From Antedon mediterranea (lineage: Eukaryota; Animalia; Echinodermata): a stretch of 64,000 bases of DNA. A model generated the notes under the pieces. That model was not told where the DNA came from, did no database searches, and saw only the letters and a list, made by a program, of their open reading frames with translations. The position numbers were made by a program, and so were the translations under genes. Positions within the stretch are counted from its first letter, which is position 1. Each line of letters begins with the position of its first letter. The DNA lies in NCBI RefSeq assembly GCF_964355755.1, contig NC_092676.1:29840871-29904870 (forward strand). Reading direction: 5' to 3'. This document shows, in pieces, positions 12,286-23,858 of this stretch.

Positions 12286-15200
12286 CTACAGTTCAATCTG
12301 TCTTACACAGTTAGCATGCATGTCTACCACATAAAGTACAGTCCTAGCACCTCGTTTACCCACCGCCATGCCTCGAGGGAGTTTAAGCGTGTCTCCTTGG
12401 ACCGTAACTATTCTTATGAATTTCCCCACAGGATTGTATTCATAGATCAGCGGTGGTCCATCTTTGGGAGTGCTACTAATAAGTATATTATCATTAGGGG
12501 AAACTGCCACTCCTGTTGGGTAGCCAGTAGGATTGCCTTTGTTTAGGATTTTGAATACATAAAGAACTTGACTCATTTCATTAACTATCTTCACGTTGCT
12601 CTCGGCAGAATCGCATATGATGAGATGCCCTTTGCTGTTAGCCGCAACAAACCACGGCTGTTTAAAGATATTGTGAGGGGGTCTACCGATAATATTAAGT
12701 AGCCAGCCTAGGGTAGAGAACACTTTAATATTTGCTGCTTTGTGATCTACTATATAAATTCTATTATTGTGTGTTGTTAATCCCATTGGAGTTTGAAGAT
12801 CATTTGAAAAGAAATTCCCTTTCAGGTTGTTGTCGGCGTCTAGGTGATAGAATTTATGTCTTTCTGCATCTGTGACGTAAAATGTGTTTGGACTGCACGG
12901 GTCTGCTGCGATTCCTGTAGGGTTAAAGGGACTCTCTTCGCTTTGTGGTACAGACACATTATGAGAGAAATCACCTTTTTTATCCATGACAGCGACTCGT
13001 CGAGAAGCACGATTTGTTATAACCAAGCGTCCATCACCAAGTACAGCGATATCTAGCGGTTCCCGGAGCTTAGCATCGACAGCAATTACCGACGGCAAAA
13101 AAGATAAGGACATAAGAGGGGCTGCTTGATTTCCGTGTTTTCTTCTATGAGGACTGGAAGGGGTTTTGGAAACGGAGATCATTGAATCTGATCCGAACGT
13201 GCTTTTAAGTCCAGAAGTTACATTCAAAGTGAAAGGGTATCTTTTAATGGCTTGGTCATTAATCCTAGCAAAGATTTTATGTATACCTATATCAGATGGG
13301 GTAAACTTAATATGACACTGATCGCTACCTCTATCTCTGACTTTTATAATCTCTCGTTTACCACAACCACTGGGTCGTTCTAACTCTACCATTACCTTTC
13401 TATCATTAGAGGTATTTCTTACTGGTTGGTTCTTTTCATTTTTCATCAACAATCTAAGATGTATTTCTTTGCTGATCACGCATGGTTTTTTTGGATTAGC
13501 ATTTATTATAAAAGACTTGGCATAAGAGGTAAAGCCTACATCTGATATGAAACTGATGTCAGACGTGGTGGAGTCATCAGACAAAACTTCATCCGCTTCT
13601 GTTGGCAGATTTGAAGTCGACTGAACAGGACTTTTCTTCTTCTTTCCTTTCCCTTTTGCTGGTTTCTTTTGTTTGTTAACCTGTGCGTATTGTGGTTCCT
13701 TATTCGGATTTTCAGTGGGTTGTACACTTTCAGGTTCTAAATCTTTCGGAGCGTCATCTTTCACAATATCTTCTTCTTTTCCATCACCGTCTCCCTTACT
13801 TTTGTCTTCCACTTTGCTTCCTTTCTTTTTAGGTCTAGGACAGGTTGCATCTTTCGCTTTCTCCATCAATTTGTTTTGTTTTTCAACACTACCAATGCTC
13901 ATCTCTTTTATTTCATCCAGAAATTCATGGTTTGGAAAAAATTGCACTTTGAAATCATACTTATTTTGTTTTGGGATGGACTCACCAATCAAAGATTTCA
14001 AGCGAACTGAAGCTTGCTTCGAGGTAGTAGTAACTGATATAAAGTTACCAAACTTAAGCAAGTTCTCAGCAAAGTAAACTCCTTCTGTGATTTCTTTGGA
14101 GAAAGAAGCGATCTTACTGCGCCATGCTTCAATAACCGCTTCTTTATTGTTGTAGTCTTCTTCAATTTCCATTCTTAGGATGGTCATGTTCATGTCTAAC
14201 ATCGCCTTGATAGATTCAACGTGATTCTCAGCTTCAAACAAAGCTTGAATATGCTGATCTTGTAACTCTTCCTGAACGTGTTGCATCGTGTCTAGTGCCC
14301 TCTTCGCAGAATCCTTCTTCTTGTTTGCTTTTGTGATCTGTTCTTTAAGAGCTTGTGACATCGCACTGTAGGTATCTTCAATCTCTTCAAGATTATGACT
14401 CTGAGCTTTATGTTGTACAATTGTGCAGTTTGAACAGACGGGAACTTCGCAGGTCTTGCAGAAAAACTCGATTTTGAATTTTGGATGTTTGTTGCAGTAA
14501 ACCGGTTTTAGATGGATCTTTTGGGAGTCAGTAAGTTTATCAAATTCTTCTGTAGTGATTGTTTCATGTTCGGCTGCCATCATCTTGTGGATTGGGATGC
14601 ATGAGGTGCACAGATATAAAGCACAATCGACACACCACATTTCAACCTAATAAAAGTTAAAAAAACAAATGCACAATTAATGAAATTATTCATTTTTACC
14701 TTTACTTGTTTTAATTACATCATACCTGTAAACCGTTTTGTGCATTTTTCATCACAAGATTGCAAAGGCACAATATCAGGTCATAAGTACAGTATGTCAA
14801 CCTAGCTGTGTAGTCCCTGGGACTCGTACATTAATATTACGAAAAGTTGGTATAGAGGAATATGCGCAAGACAAGAAGAATTGAAGAGATGGTGTGGAAT
14901 GAGTGAGTCAGTAACCTCTTGGAAGAGGCAGAAAGCTGATAATAAAATATGATGATGATGTTGATATGATGATGAATGATGTTGGTGATTATGATGATGA
15001 TGATGACGATAATGATAATAGTGATGATGATGATGATGATGAATAAAGATGGTGATGATGATAATAGTGATGATGATGATGAATAAATATGATGATAAAG
15101 AATAAAGATGATGATGACAGTGATGACGATGATGATGATGACAGTGATGACGATGATGATGACAGACAATGACTATAATCTATTTTCTATAGCCTTAGGG

Positions 15201-15669
15201 TCTAAGCATGGTCTAGGTAATATTATACTGTAAATGCAAAATGCTTAAAAAGTAAAGCCTAAACAAAATGGTGGACATTTACCTCTTCACTCTTTTTACA
15301 AAGACCACAAGTATGAGTTACAGGTTCTCCTTCAACAGTTCCTTTGCTTTTACCTCCGATCTTCTGTAAAAATTCAATAAGGTTATTCAAATGGAAGTTA
15401 TCTGGTAGACTTTTGATGCCCCCTTCCGGTATCGGATGTTCCTTGCGGCATTCCGGACATTCAAGAACACCTTCCTTCTTCTCTACCCACTGCTCAAGAC
15501 AATCGCAACAGACAGAATGGAGACAGGGTAGCATCTTGGGGTTTTCATACCGTTCTAGATGAATTGGACATTGTAGGAATCGTTCGTCCAGAGTGTTGGC
15601 CATGCTGTCTGCGTCCTCCAAGGACGATGAAGCGCTGCCGCTACCAATGCTTTCAGAACATGTAGCCAT
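12286..15669 (-). CDS. TRIM-NHL E3 ubiquitin ligase (TRIM2/3-like: RING, two B-boxes, coiled coil, filamin, NHL repeats), ~915 aa, 2 coding exons
   Basis: Exons 15669-15283 and 14646-12286. RING CPIH...LPCLHSVCCDC...CPEC (His in place of the usual second Cys); B-box1 split by the intron; B-box2 CNKH...FFCKTC...C..C...H..H; filamin-like FTPSDIGIHKI; NHL repeats (PLDIAV, PTGIAA, PWFVAANSKG, PRGMAV). Probable non-coding exon with donor at 17238. Confidence 0.9.
14937..15162. repeat. Imperfect (GAT)n microsatellite in TRIM intron
   Basis: Runs of GATGATGAT/GATAAT/GATGAC. Confidence 0.9.
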
Positions 15670-15796
15670 GGTAACAGATTGTTATCTGAAATTACAAAAT
15701 AAACAATGTGACAAAAAAATAAAAATAAATGATTACTGGTGAATAATTTCTGATTACAGTATATAGGCCTAGCAACTTGTTTTTGTGCAAAGCTAA

Positions 15797-15954
15797 AGCT
15801 CTGTCTACACTATCAAACTAGATTAACATAAAAAGTGTGATGTGCCTAAATATGGAAGTTATAAGCTTAAATATGGTAGTGATATGACATTATCATGTCC
15901 ATGGGCACATCACATTTTTTTTATCACATAAAGATTGATAATGTAGACAGAGGT
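15797..15954. mobile_element. MITE family A (PIF/Harbinger-like, TIR AGCTCTGTCTACACTATCAAAC)
   Basis: Terminal inverted repeats with a conserved core GTGATGTGCCCAAATATGGTAGTGATATGACATCATCATGTCCATATATGGGCACATCAC; family copies have TAA/TTA flanks. Confidence 0.8.
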
Positions 15955-18169
15955 AGAGCTATAGAAAGTATTATGCGCTTTAAGACCTTATTATCATTAT
16001 TGCTTATTACATATTTCTAATACAGAAAATCACACTATTATCATTGCATTTAATATTACCTATTGCCTCTGACATGTCTAGTAATACATTCTATTCTATG
16101 GCTGTTGTAGTAAGCCTAGACTTTATTGATCCAAGTTATGCTGATGAGCAAATTATAAATCAATAACAAACCAAAGCTAAACACAGTCCATGTTTCATAA
16201 GCCACACCATGGTCCATGGAGATTATTTAACATTAGTACAGCAGTATAATTAATCGTTTTAGAATTTTAGATAGATGAATTGAAGATAATTTATTGTCAA
16301 GGTTTATGCAAATTTAATTAAATTATTATTCAAGGAATGTAAATTAGATTTTGTCTTTTAAAAAAAGACATCCTTGGGCCTTATCACAGAACAAAAGTTG
16401 CAATTATGGTATTCTTACCATTAAACATAAATATTATACAGGGTTTAATAATTAGTAGAGGATATTAATCCATCTATTCAAAGCAGTTTTGGAGAAACGT
16501 TTTGGTCCATATTTTTCGCCTTATATAATTTTCAAAAATAATATAATAAGTATCATTCTCAAGATCAAGGTATATCAAGCATTCCAGGGCAAAAAACCAT
16601 CACCTTAATCATGGAGTAAAGATTACTCCATGCCTTAATGTACCAAAATTATACTAGGACATATGGTATGTAATTATAAAAATTCACAACCAACTGTATG
16701 CATTTTTTAATTGATGTGGTAGAAAACTATGTCTAATAATGCAGAAATGATTATCCAATGACATCATATCATTACTCCAATCATTTACAACAATCAAATA
16801 GTCATACTGTAGCCTGCATTCTATATACTTACTACTGTACTATACTAATAATATTTTAATACCGAACTAAACTTCCGACCTATACAACAACTATTAATTA
16901 TTTATTAAATATATAGGCCTAGGCCTAGGCCTAGAATAAAATAAGTAGGCCTAGCAAATCAATCCAAAAAATATTCAAGTCAAATTTCCTCCACCTAAAT
17001 AAAGAAATAATCATATGCTTTACATACATACATATATTCTTCTATCTAAGGCTAAGCCCTTCGTCCCGCCTGATTTTCAATACATTTCAGGGCGGCGAGA
17101 CCATTTTCCACCTGTATGATGAACGAATACATGGTGTACTTTCCAGGCCTAGCATCCCGAATTCAAAGCGAGTTTTTGTTCATAAAATACAACATTAAAT
17201 AATGTTAAAATAGAACTAATAGTATCCAAACTACTTACCCTGCTTTAGGTTAAGCTTATAACGTCTGAATGTCTAGAAATAAGGAATAATCCCATTTCAA
17301 GTTAACGGCTGCTGGGATTTTCCATTTTCTGACAAATTTAGCAGTGAAACGGTGTTGGCGCGCAGCAGCAGAGGGAGGAACGATGCTTCTTGGAATTAAA
17401 AGTTTTTCTATTTTGCATACAGTATATAATGTTTTAATTCGGTATTATGTATTTAATTTTCTTCTATACACCTTCTAACTCACAAGAAAAACAAATATGT
17501 AATAATAGACGTCCAATTTTATTAATAGACGTCCAATGTTATTAAAATTATATTAGAATATTACAAGTTACACTTTGACACTTATACAACACGAAATGCA
17601 TTAACGAACTGTTTATATCCAATTCAATGTACGTTTGAAATTGACGGTCCGATGGTTTTGGATTACCTCATTTCAGTGTGGTCACAGCTTGACCTTCATC
17701 GATCCATGCCGACTTTGACCGTCTTTTGCTATTTTTATTTATTTTTTTGCTTTTCTATAGTATTAACCATTATTCATCCATCAAACGACGGTTTGTGAAC
17801 CACTATAATAATTTATTTGGAGATTACACTTTTAACAATAGTGGCACTCGACCAAATGGAAGGTCCATCCAAAAGAAATATAAAAAAAAAAAAAACATGA
17901 TATAGAAAATAACAATTTACAATAAAAAGTCGACGTAGGTCAACATGTCAAAACAATTCAACTACAGTAACTACAATGCCATTGATAATTAACACTACAG
18001 CAGCAGGAAACCCACTGACACCTAAAAATACAAAATTAAAAGAAATAAACAATAATAGAATAGGTAGGAACTGTACAATATAAAATGAATTGGGCAACAA
18101 CAATGTAGACAAAACTATAATGAGATAGATCAATCATTTAGTTTAATTGATATGAACATTACTCGCCTA

Positions 18170-18540
18170 GAAGAATACAACTGTCTGTGTGCCCATGCTC
18201 TTTTAACATAGTGCTTACAGTAACAATCAAAGACATTTGATATGGAATCGACGTGTCATACATGAATGATAGTAGTTATCAGTTCCACCTAATAATACAA
18301 GATTTAATTTGGTGTTCAGGTCACCAGAGATAAAATTTTCCCATACATCCAAATGATTGATATCGATTAACATATATTCTAATTTGGTATATTCTTCAAT
18401 GCTTATGCCATTGAGTTGGGTTACATGTGAATAGAAAATGTTGAATGTCTTCTAAACCATTCTTACACATTTTACAGATACCATCATATTCAGGAAGCCA
18501 CTTACTAATTAAGAAAGTTTAAAAAGAAGTGCAGCCAGTG
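18170..18540 (-). mobile_element. Decayed 3' end of a non-LTR retrotransposon ORF2
   Basis: Minus strand translates WLPEYDGICKMCKNGLEDIQHFLFTC (CxxC...E...H...C knuckle typical of LINE ORF2 C-termini) and, after frameshifts, HYVKRAWAHR. Confidence 0.6.
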
Positions 18541-18788
18541 AGGGAGGGAGAAAAAATTAAAGCATTTAAAATTGATATATATTTTTTATATTTTATAATT
18601 AGGGCTATTTATTCGATGATGTACAGATAAAGGCACATTATTATTTATATAGTTTGAATTACAGTTAAATTATTTTATAATATGTATGGCTCAGTTTGCA
18701 AAGTTGAAATATTTGCTACTATTAACTTAATTTTTCAGATTATCGGCTTCTTGCATGTCGCCCTCCCTCGATCAAATTAGGATTTGCG

Positions 18789-18801
18789 GTCGCTTAGCAA
18801 C
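18789..18801 (+). promoter_or_regulatory. RFX X-box upstream of TTLL2 non-coding exon 1
   Basis: GTCGCTTAGCAAC matches the X-box pattern. First-exon donor AAG/GTAAGA at 18998, acceptor at 19292. Confidence 0.55.
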
Positions 18802-19358
18802 CATGTTATTTATTATGTAATCGATCTTCCAAAAAAAGTAAACAGCTCAACACCACCACACACACGATAGCTACATGCTGTCATGTGTGTGTCCCGTTCT
18901 TGTTTCTTTTTTAGCCTCCTGGCTATAGACCCTAGTTTAACATGTATTGCATCTTGAATTTAAAAAGTCAATATTAGGCTATGTTATTTACAAGAAGGTA
19001 AGATTAGGAAAATACAGCAGTGCCAGTACTAGTAGGCATACTTTAGTAGTCTAAGTAGGCTAGCTAGTCATATAGGACCCAGCCAGAGGCTAGGTCTAGG
19101 AACTTTCCCTGGAGGATGTTATGGTGGGCTGTCAGAAAAAAAATACTTTAAAAATTAAACAATCAATAAAACTATTTTGGTACAACATTTTTAATTTATG
19201 ACAAAATAATTTAAAAAACAGGCTTTTTTTATTCATTCTACCAAAACAAATTTTGAATTGTTTTATTTATATTAAAATAATTTATTTTTCAGGTCCTGTC
19301 TGTACTACTACTACTAGGCTAGTAGTAGATTAATGGCATTGAACCGCACTGTAAAGGA

Positions 19359-21410
19359 ATGACTCAAAAGTCACAGAGCCCTACAAATCCTAATCCGTTT
19401 ATTTTTCGTCTGAATGATAACGGGTCTGGACCAGAAGTTATACAAAATGTGTTCTTGGAAAAAGGATGGGAAGAGTTTGACGAAGAAAGACACAGGGACC
19501 ATGAATGGAATCTATGGTGGAGAACAAGTCGTTTCCGTTTGTCTGATTATCACGATATACATCCATGGCAACAACTCAATCATTTTCCGCGGACAACAGG
19601 AATCACGAAGAAGGATATGCTGGCCCGGAATATGAAGAGAATGAGAGGCGTGTATGGAGCGTCAATATTTAACTTCACACCGCTCGCTTTTATTTTACCG
19701 AATGATTACACAAAATTTGTAGCAGAGTATTCAAAACTGCTTCAATCGGATAGCGGTAATAAAGAATTCTGGATTTGTAAGCCTGCAGATTTGTCTCGAG
19801 GTCGTGGAATCTTTCTGTTTAAAGATCTTTCAGAATTGGCATACGATTGCTCAGCTGTTGTTCAGAAATATTTATCGAACCCTCTCCTAATTAGTGGGTA
19901 CAAATTTGATCTACGTGTTTACGTTGTTGTACTGAGCTTCCATCCTCTTGTTATTTACATCTACGACGAAGGAATTGTACGGTTTAGTACCGAGAAGTTT
20001 GATTTATCATCCATCCACAACCAATTTTCACATCTGACAAATACGAGTATTAATAAACTAGGTCCATCATACACAGCTGATAAAGAACGCATCGGCCCAG
20101 GATGCAAATGGAGCTTTGCCACTTTACGAAACTACTTCCATCAGCAAAATATTGAGGGCAGTGTTATTTGGAAACGCATTTCGAACATTGTTATATATAC
20201 CATCCTCGCTCAAACGACAAGTGTGCCTAAAGTTTCAAATTGCTTCGAGTTGTTTGGCTTTGATATTCTTATTGATAACACTCTGAAACCATGGTTACTT
20301 GAGGTCAACTTTAGTCCAGCTCTGGGGTTAGATTGCTCCACTGATCACACAGTTAAAAGCGCACTGTTAAATGACATCATTGAGATGTTATCATTCACTG
20401 ATGATCACAGAGAACAAAAACAATTATTGAACTCTAAACCAACTTATGGAGGAGTTGCCACTAATCGTAACGTGCGAAGAAGTGAATCACCACAAAAAAG
20501 ACTTTCTCTTCCAAAGACCATTTCAAAATCAAAATCTAAACTCTCGTTATCTAGAAGTAGTACAACGTCTCCATTGAAACTCGTCGGTAAAAGTAAAGAA
20601 ATCATTGTTGATGAAAATAAAGATGTGAAGGCACCACCTCAACCTCATTCAAATAGTACTAAACCAAAAACAGTGGCTGTTCTATACAAGAAACAAAGTA
20701 TTCATCCTTGTATAGAACCTACAGTGAAATCATCAAGTAAAGTAACCTCAGAGAATCCAAGTTTAAACTTAACTAGTGGTACTTCTCAATTGAAATCTGT
20801 AACTAGTGATGCAAAAATTTCCAACAGGAAAGCTGGACATTTGACTGCTGGAAATGGAGAAAATAAAAAATTAAATTCAACATTAAAGTCAACCAGACAA
20901 ACGACAAAGTCTTTAAGATGTGTAGAGAAAACTCGGACTGGAAGGAATGAAACAAATAAAAATGGAACGAGAGTGAGTTTTTCAAAAAGCACTGGGTCAT
21001 TAATAAACAGTAAAAGTTCTATGAAACCAGAAATTACATCACGACCTACATCACGAGAAAGTTCTCTCCAGAGTTTACGGAAACCAGCATCTATCTTGAA
21101 CACCAAAAAAGGCCTTCTGGACTTGAAGTTTGACCGAACAAATGGAAGTAAACATATCTTAAAACCTGCCGCAAAGATTGGTGATTTTAAGTTAATATTT
21201 CCGTTTAATGAAGACACAAAGCGTGCAAGCTGGCCGAACCTTGATATTCGGACTGTTATCCGTGAAGCACAAAAACAGCTGCGGCGTACAATGTGTCGTG
21301 GACATATAGTCCGAGGATCTGCCGGTACATTTACAAAACCACATGGAGAGCAAATTATTCAACAAATACCTAATTTAAATATGACAAGAGGTCAAACTAT
21401 AAATTCATAA
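19359..21410 (+). CDS. TTLL2: Tubulin polyglutamylase, TTLL2-like, 683 aa, single coding exon
   Basis: TTL domain motifs WNLWWRTS, LNHFP..TGITKKDML, WICKPADLSRGRGIF, VQKYLSNPLLISGYKFDLRVYV, HLTNTSINK, CFELFGFDILID...PWLLEVNFSP; long S/T/K-rich tail; AATAAA at ~21481 and ~21493. Confidence 0.88.
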   Translation: MTQKSQSPTNPNPFIFRLNDNGSGPEVIQNVFLEKGWEEFDEERHRDHEWNLWWRTSRFRLSDYHDIHPWQQLNHFPRTTGITKKDMLARNMKRMRGVYGASIFNFTPLAFILPNDYTKFVAEYSKLLQSDSGNKEFWICKPADLSRGRGIFLFKDLSELAYDCSAVVQKYLSNPLLISGYKFDLRVYVVVLSFHPLVIYIYDEGIVRFSTEKFDLSSIHNQFSHLTNTSINKLGPSYTADKERIGPGCKWSFATLRNYFHQQNIEGSVIWKRISNIVIYTILAQTTSVPKVSNCFELFGFDILIDNTLKPWLLEVNFSPALGLDCSTDHTVKSALLNDIIEMLSFTDDHREQKQLLNSKPTYGGVATNRNVRRSESPQKRLSLPKTISKSKSKLSLSRSSTTSPLKLVGKSKEIIVDENKDVKAPPQPHSNSTKPKTVAVLYKKQSIHPCIEPTVKSSSKVTSENPSLNLTSGTSQLKSVTSDAKISNRKAGHLTAGNGENKKLNSTLKSTRQTTKSLRCVEKTRTGRNETNKNGTRVSFSKSTGSLINSKSSMKPEITSRPTSRESSLQSLRKPASILNTKKGLLDLKFDRTNGSKHILKPAAKIGDFKLIFPFNEDTKRASWPNLDIRTVIREAQKQLRRTMCRGHIVRGSAGTFTKPHGEQIIQQIPNLNMTRGQTINS

Positions 21411-22712
21411 TTAAGTCTAATAATATTTAATAAATAGAAAAAGTGCAAAAAATATATTTTATTGATGAAAATGTAACTGAAATAAAGGTTGAAATAAAAT
21501 AGTTTCAATTGGCTTAATTCAAAAAGCGAACAATTGTAGTTTTTTTTTATTGGATTTGAAATAATATAGTATAAAATGTATCACTGAGAATGCCAAAGTA
21601 GAAGTTAGTAGTAGTAAGCCTACTCTGATAGCCCTATTTATGCTATAAAGGGCACAATTGGTAGCTACTTATAAATTGAAATAATTATGTCTTTCCTAGT
21701 AATATGTATGCCTAATTATTATTACTTTTTGAATTGATCATATGTATAAAACTAAAATGTACAGTAAACACATAATGTGTCTCATCAAATTATACAGATC
21801 TGTTTTATTTATTTATTTTTAGTGTAATTATGTTGTGTATAACAAATGAACTGAGATCCAGTTTTGAGTGGTCAGAAAGATATGTTTTCTAACTCAACAT
21901 TTGTAACAATGTAAATTTAATTTATTACTGCATACAGTACTACTACTAGGCGGGACTGAGACAAGGGGTAAGCCTAATCTGACTTCAACTCGGGCCTTAC
22001 TATCTAGTAGTACTAGTAGTAGGCCTAGGCCTAGCTAGGGGCTAGGCTAGGCATTTGCTTGCTTTATATATCTATATACAAACACAAAACAAAACATATA
22101 AACACAACAACTTCAGTGCTGACTTACTAGCATGGTTTACGCTATTGATTCATAAATTAATTATCCTATTGTGTCGTAAAAAACTTTTTATCTAGTTAGA
22201 GAGGCCAAATTTTCTTTTTCAAGAAAACATCGTGCGTACCGTACCGGACCATGTACCATGCCGGCCACCAACTCGTACGCACATGCGGCGATAAATCAAA
22301 ACAAAGAATATATATATATTCTTTGATCAAAACTATAAAAAAAAAGTTATGTGCATAATATTACGCATGCGCACTTCAAAGTAGGCCGGCAAATTACGTC
22401 GTTCCGAAAAATGTACTCTAGCATAGGCCTATATAATATTACTGTATGTATTTATTTGATCCGATTTGTTTCTTGTTTGACAAGCTAAAACAGTTGGGAT
22501 AACCACTAAAATAGAATGATGTAAACTATCTGTCTATTAGTACAGTAATATTAATAATCGTATGTACATTTTCGAACAGAGGGTGTAAAAACAATAAATG
22601 GAACAGCCAGGTTGTCACAAGTATATTTTAATATTTAAAGAGTAAAATTTGAATAACTGATGTCATTTTTAGAACAGATTTTTAAAGCAGCACAGTAAGC
22701 CTTTTTTAACGA

Positions 22713-22838
22713 CATTTTTACAATGTTATTGATACTTTGATACCAATTTCATTCCATTTTTACAATGTTATTGATACTTTGATACCAATTTCATTCCATT
22801 TTTACAATGTTATTGATACTTTGATACCAATTTCATTC
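22713..22838. repeat. 42-bp tandem repeat x3
   Basis: CATTTTTACAATGTTATTGATACTTTGATACCAATTTCATTC repeated. Confidence 0.9.
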
Positions 22839-23245
22839 CGTTCTTTAACAAATACTGCTAAGCAGCAATTTTAGTTTAGCCTAAATTAATGAGCAACAAG
22901 GAAAATAATGGGTTGACTTGCTTACTTTTGCGAGATGCCTCTCATCACAAAACAAAGTTACAATGACTAAAGAACAACAAAATACAACAAGACTTTAATT
23001 TTCAAATATTGTTTTAAATGTTTAATTTATTATAACATATTAATACTGTACACGTTAACAGGAAGGCTCCCAAACACAAAGTAGTAGAGGTATGTAAAAA
23101 ATAACCCCCCTATTGTGCACCAAGTGTTTGGAAATACAACATTTGAACTACTGTACTTTTAGGAACAACAATGAAACAAAAATAAGTAATAAATTCATAG
23201 AATTACAAGTATTTTACATGGTATTGTTTACATATAAACATAAAC

Positions 23246-23459
23246 TAAATCTGGTTGATGCAAGAAGACAATAAGTGTGAACATAAGTCTAAATCTGGTT
23301 GATGCAATAAGACAATAATTGTGAACAGAAGTCTAAATCTGGTTGATGCAAGAAGACAATAAGTGTGAACAGAAGTCTAAATCTGGTTGATGCAATAAGA
23401 TAATAAGTGTAAACAGAAGTCTAAATCTGGTTGATGCAAGAAAACAAGTAAGTGTGAAC
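23246..23459. repeat. 44-bp tandem repeat x5 (likely SENP 3' UTR)
   Basis: TAAATCTGGTTGATGCAAGAAGACAATAAGTGTGAACAGAAGTC repeated. Confidence 0.9.
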
Positions 23460-23858
23460 TGATTTTTCATTTAAAATGCGTTTTGAAACATACTAAAAAA
23501 AACCATTTACTATTAATGTGATAATATAACACTGGACGCAGTCGATAATTTAGCTTCAAATAAAAAATAGCACATAATAATATTTATCTGCCCAAACAGC
23601 ATTTTATAGCCAGTAGTATACTTAGTGCGACATAGATATCTGACTTGCTATACATATATACCACATATAAAACACTGAACAATACCCTAAGTCGTTGTAA
23701 AGGAATAAAAAACAAAAACATAATGTAAAAAGTAAACAGAAAATAAAAACTCCATTGAAACTTTAACAAGTATTCAATATAATACTGTATCCTGTGTATC
23801 CTATTCATATTTAATTCTGCCACCACTTATGCAATCACTTCTGCCACTTTCTTTGTGG

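Noticed and set aside
13673-14077. Antisense ORFs over real exons (also 20786-21217, 44647-44984, 57884-58210)
   Set aside because: Shadow frames of coding sequence with no independent signal.
14837-15169. 110-aa Ile-rich membrane-like ORF
   Set aside because: Product of an (ATC)n microsatellite in the TRIM intron.
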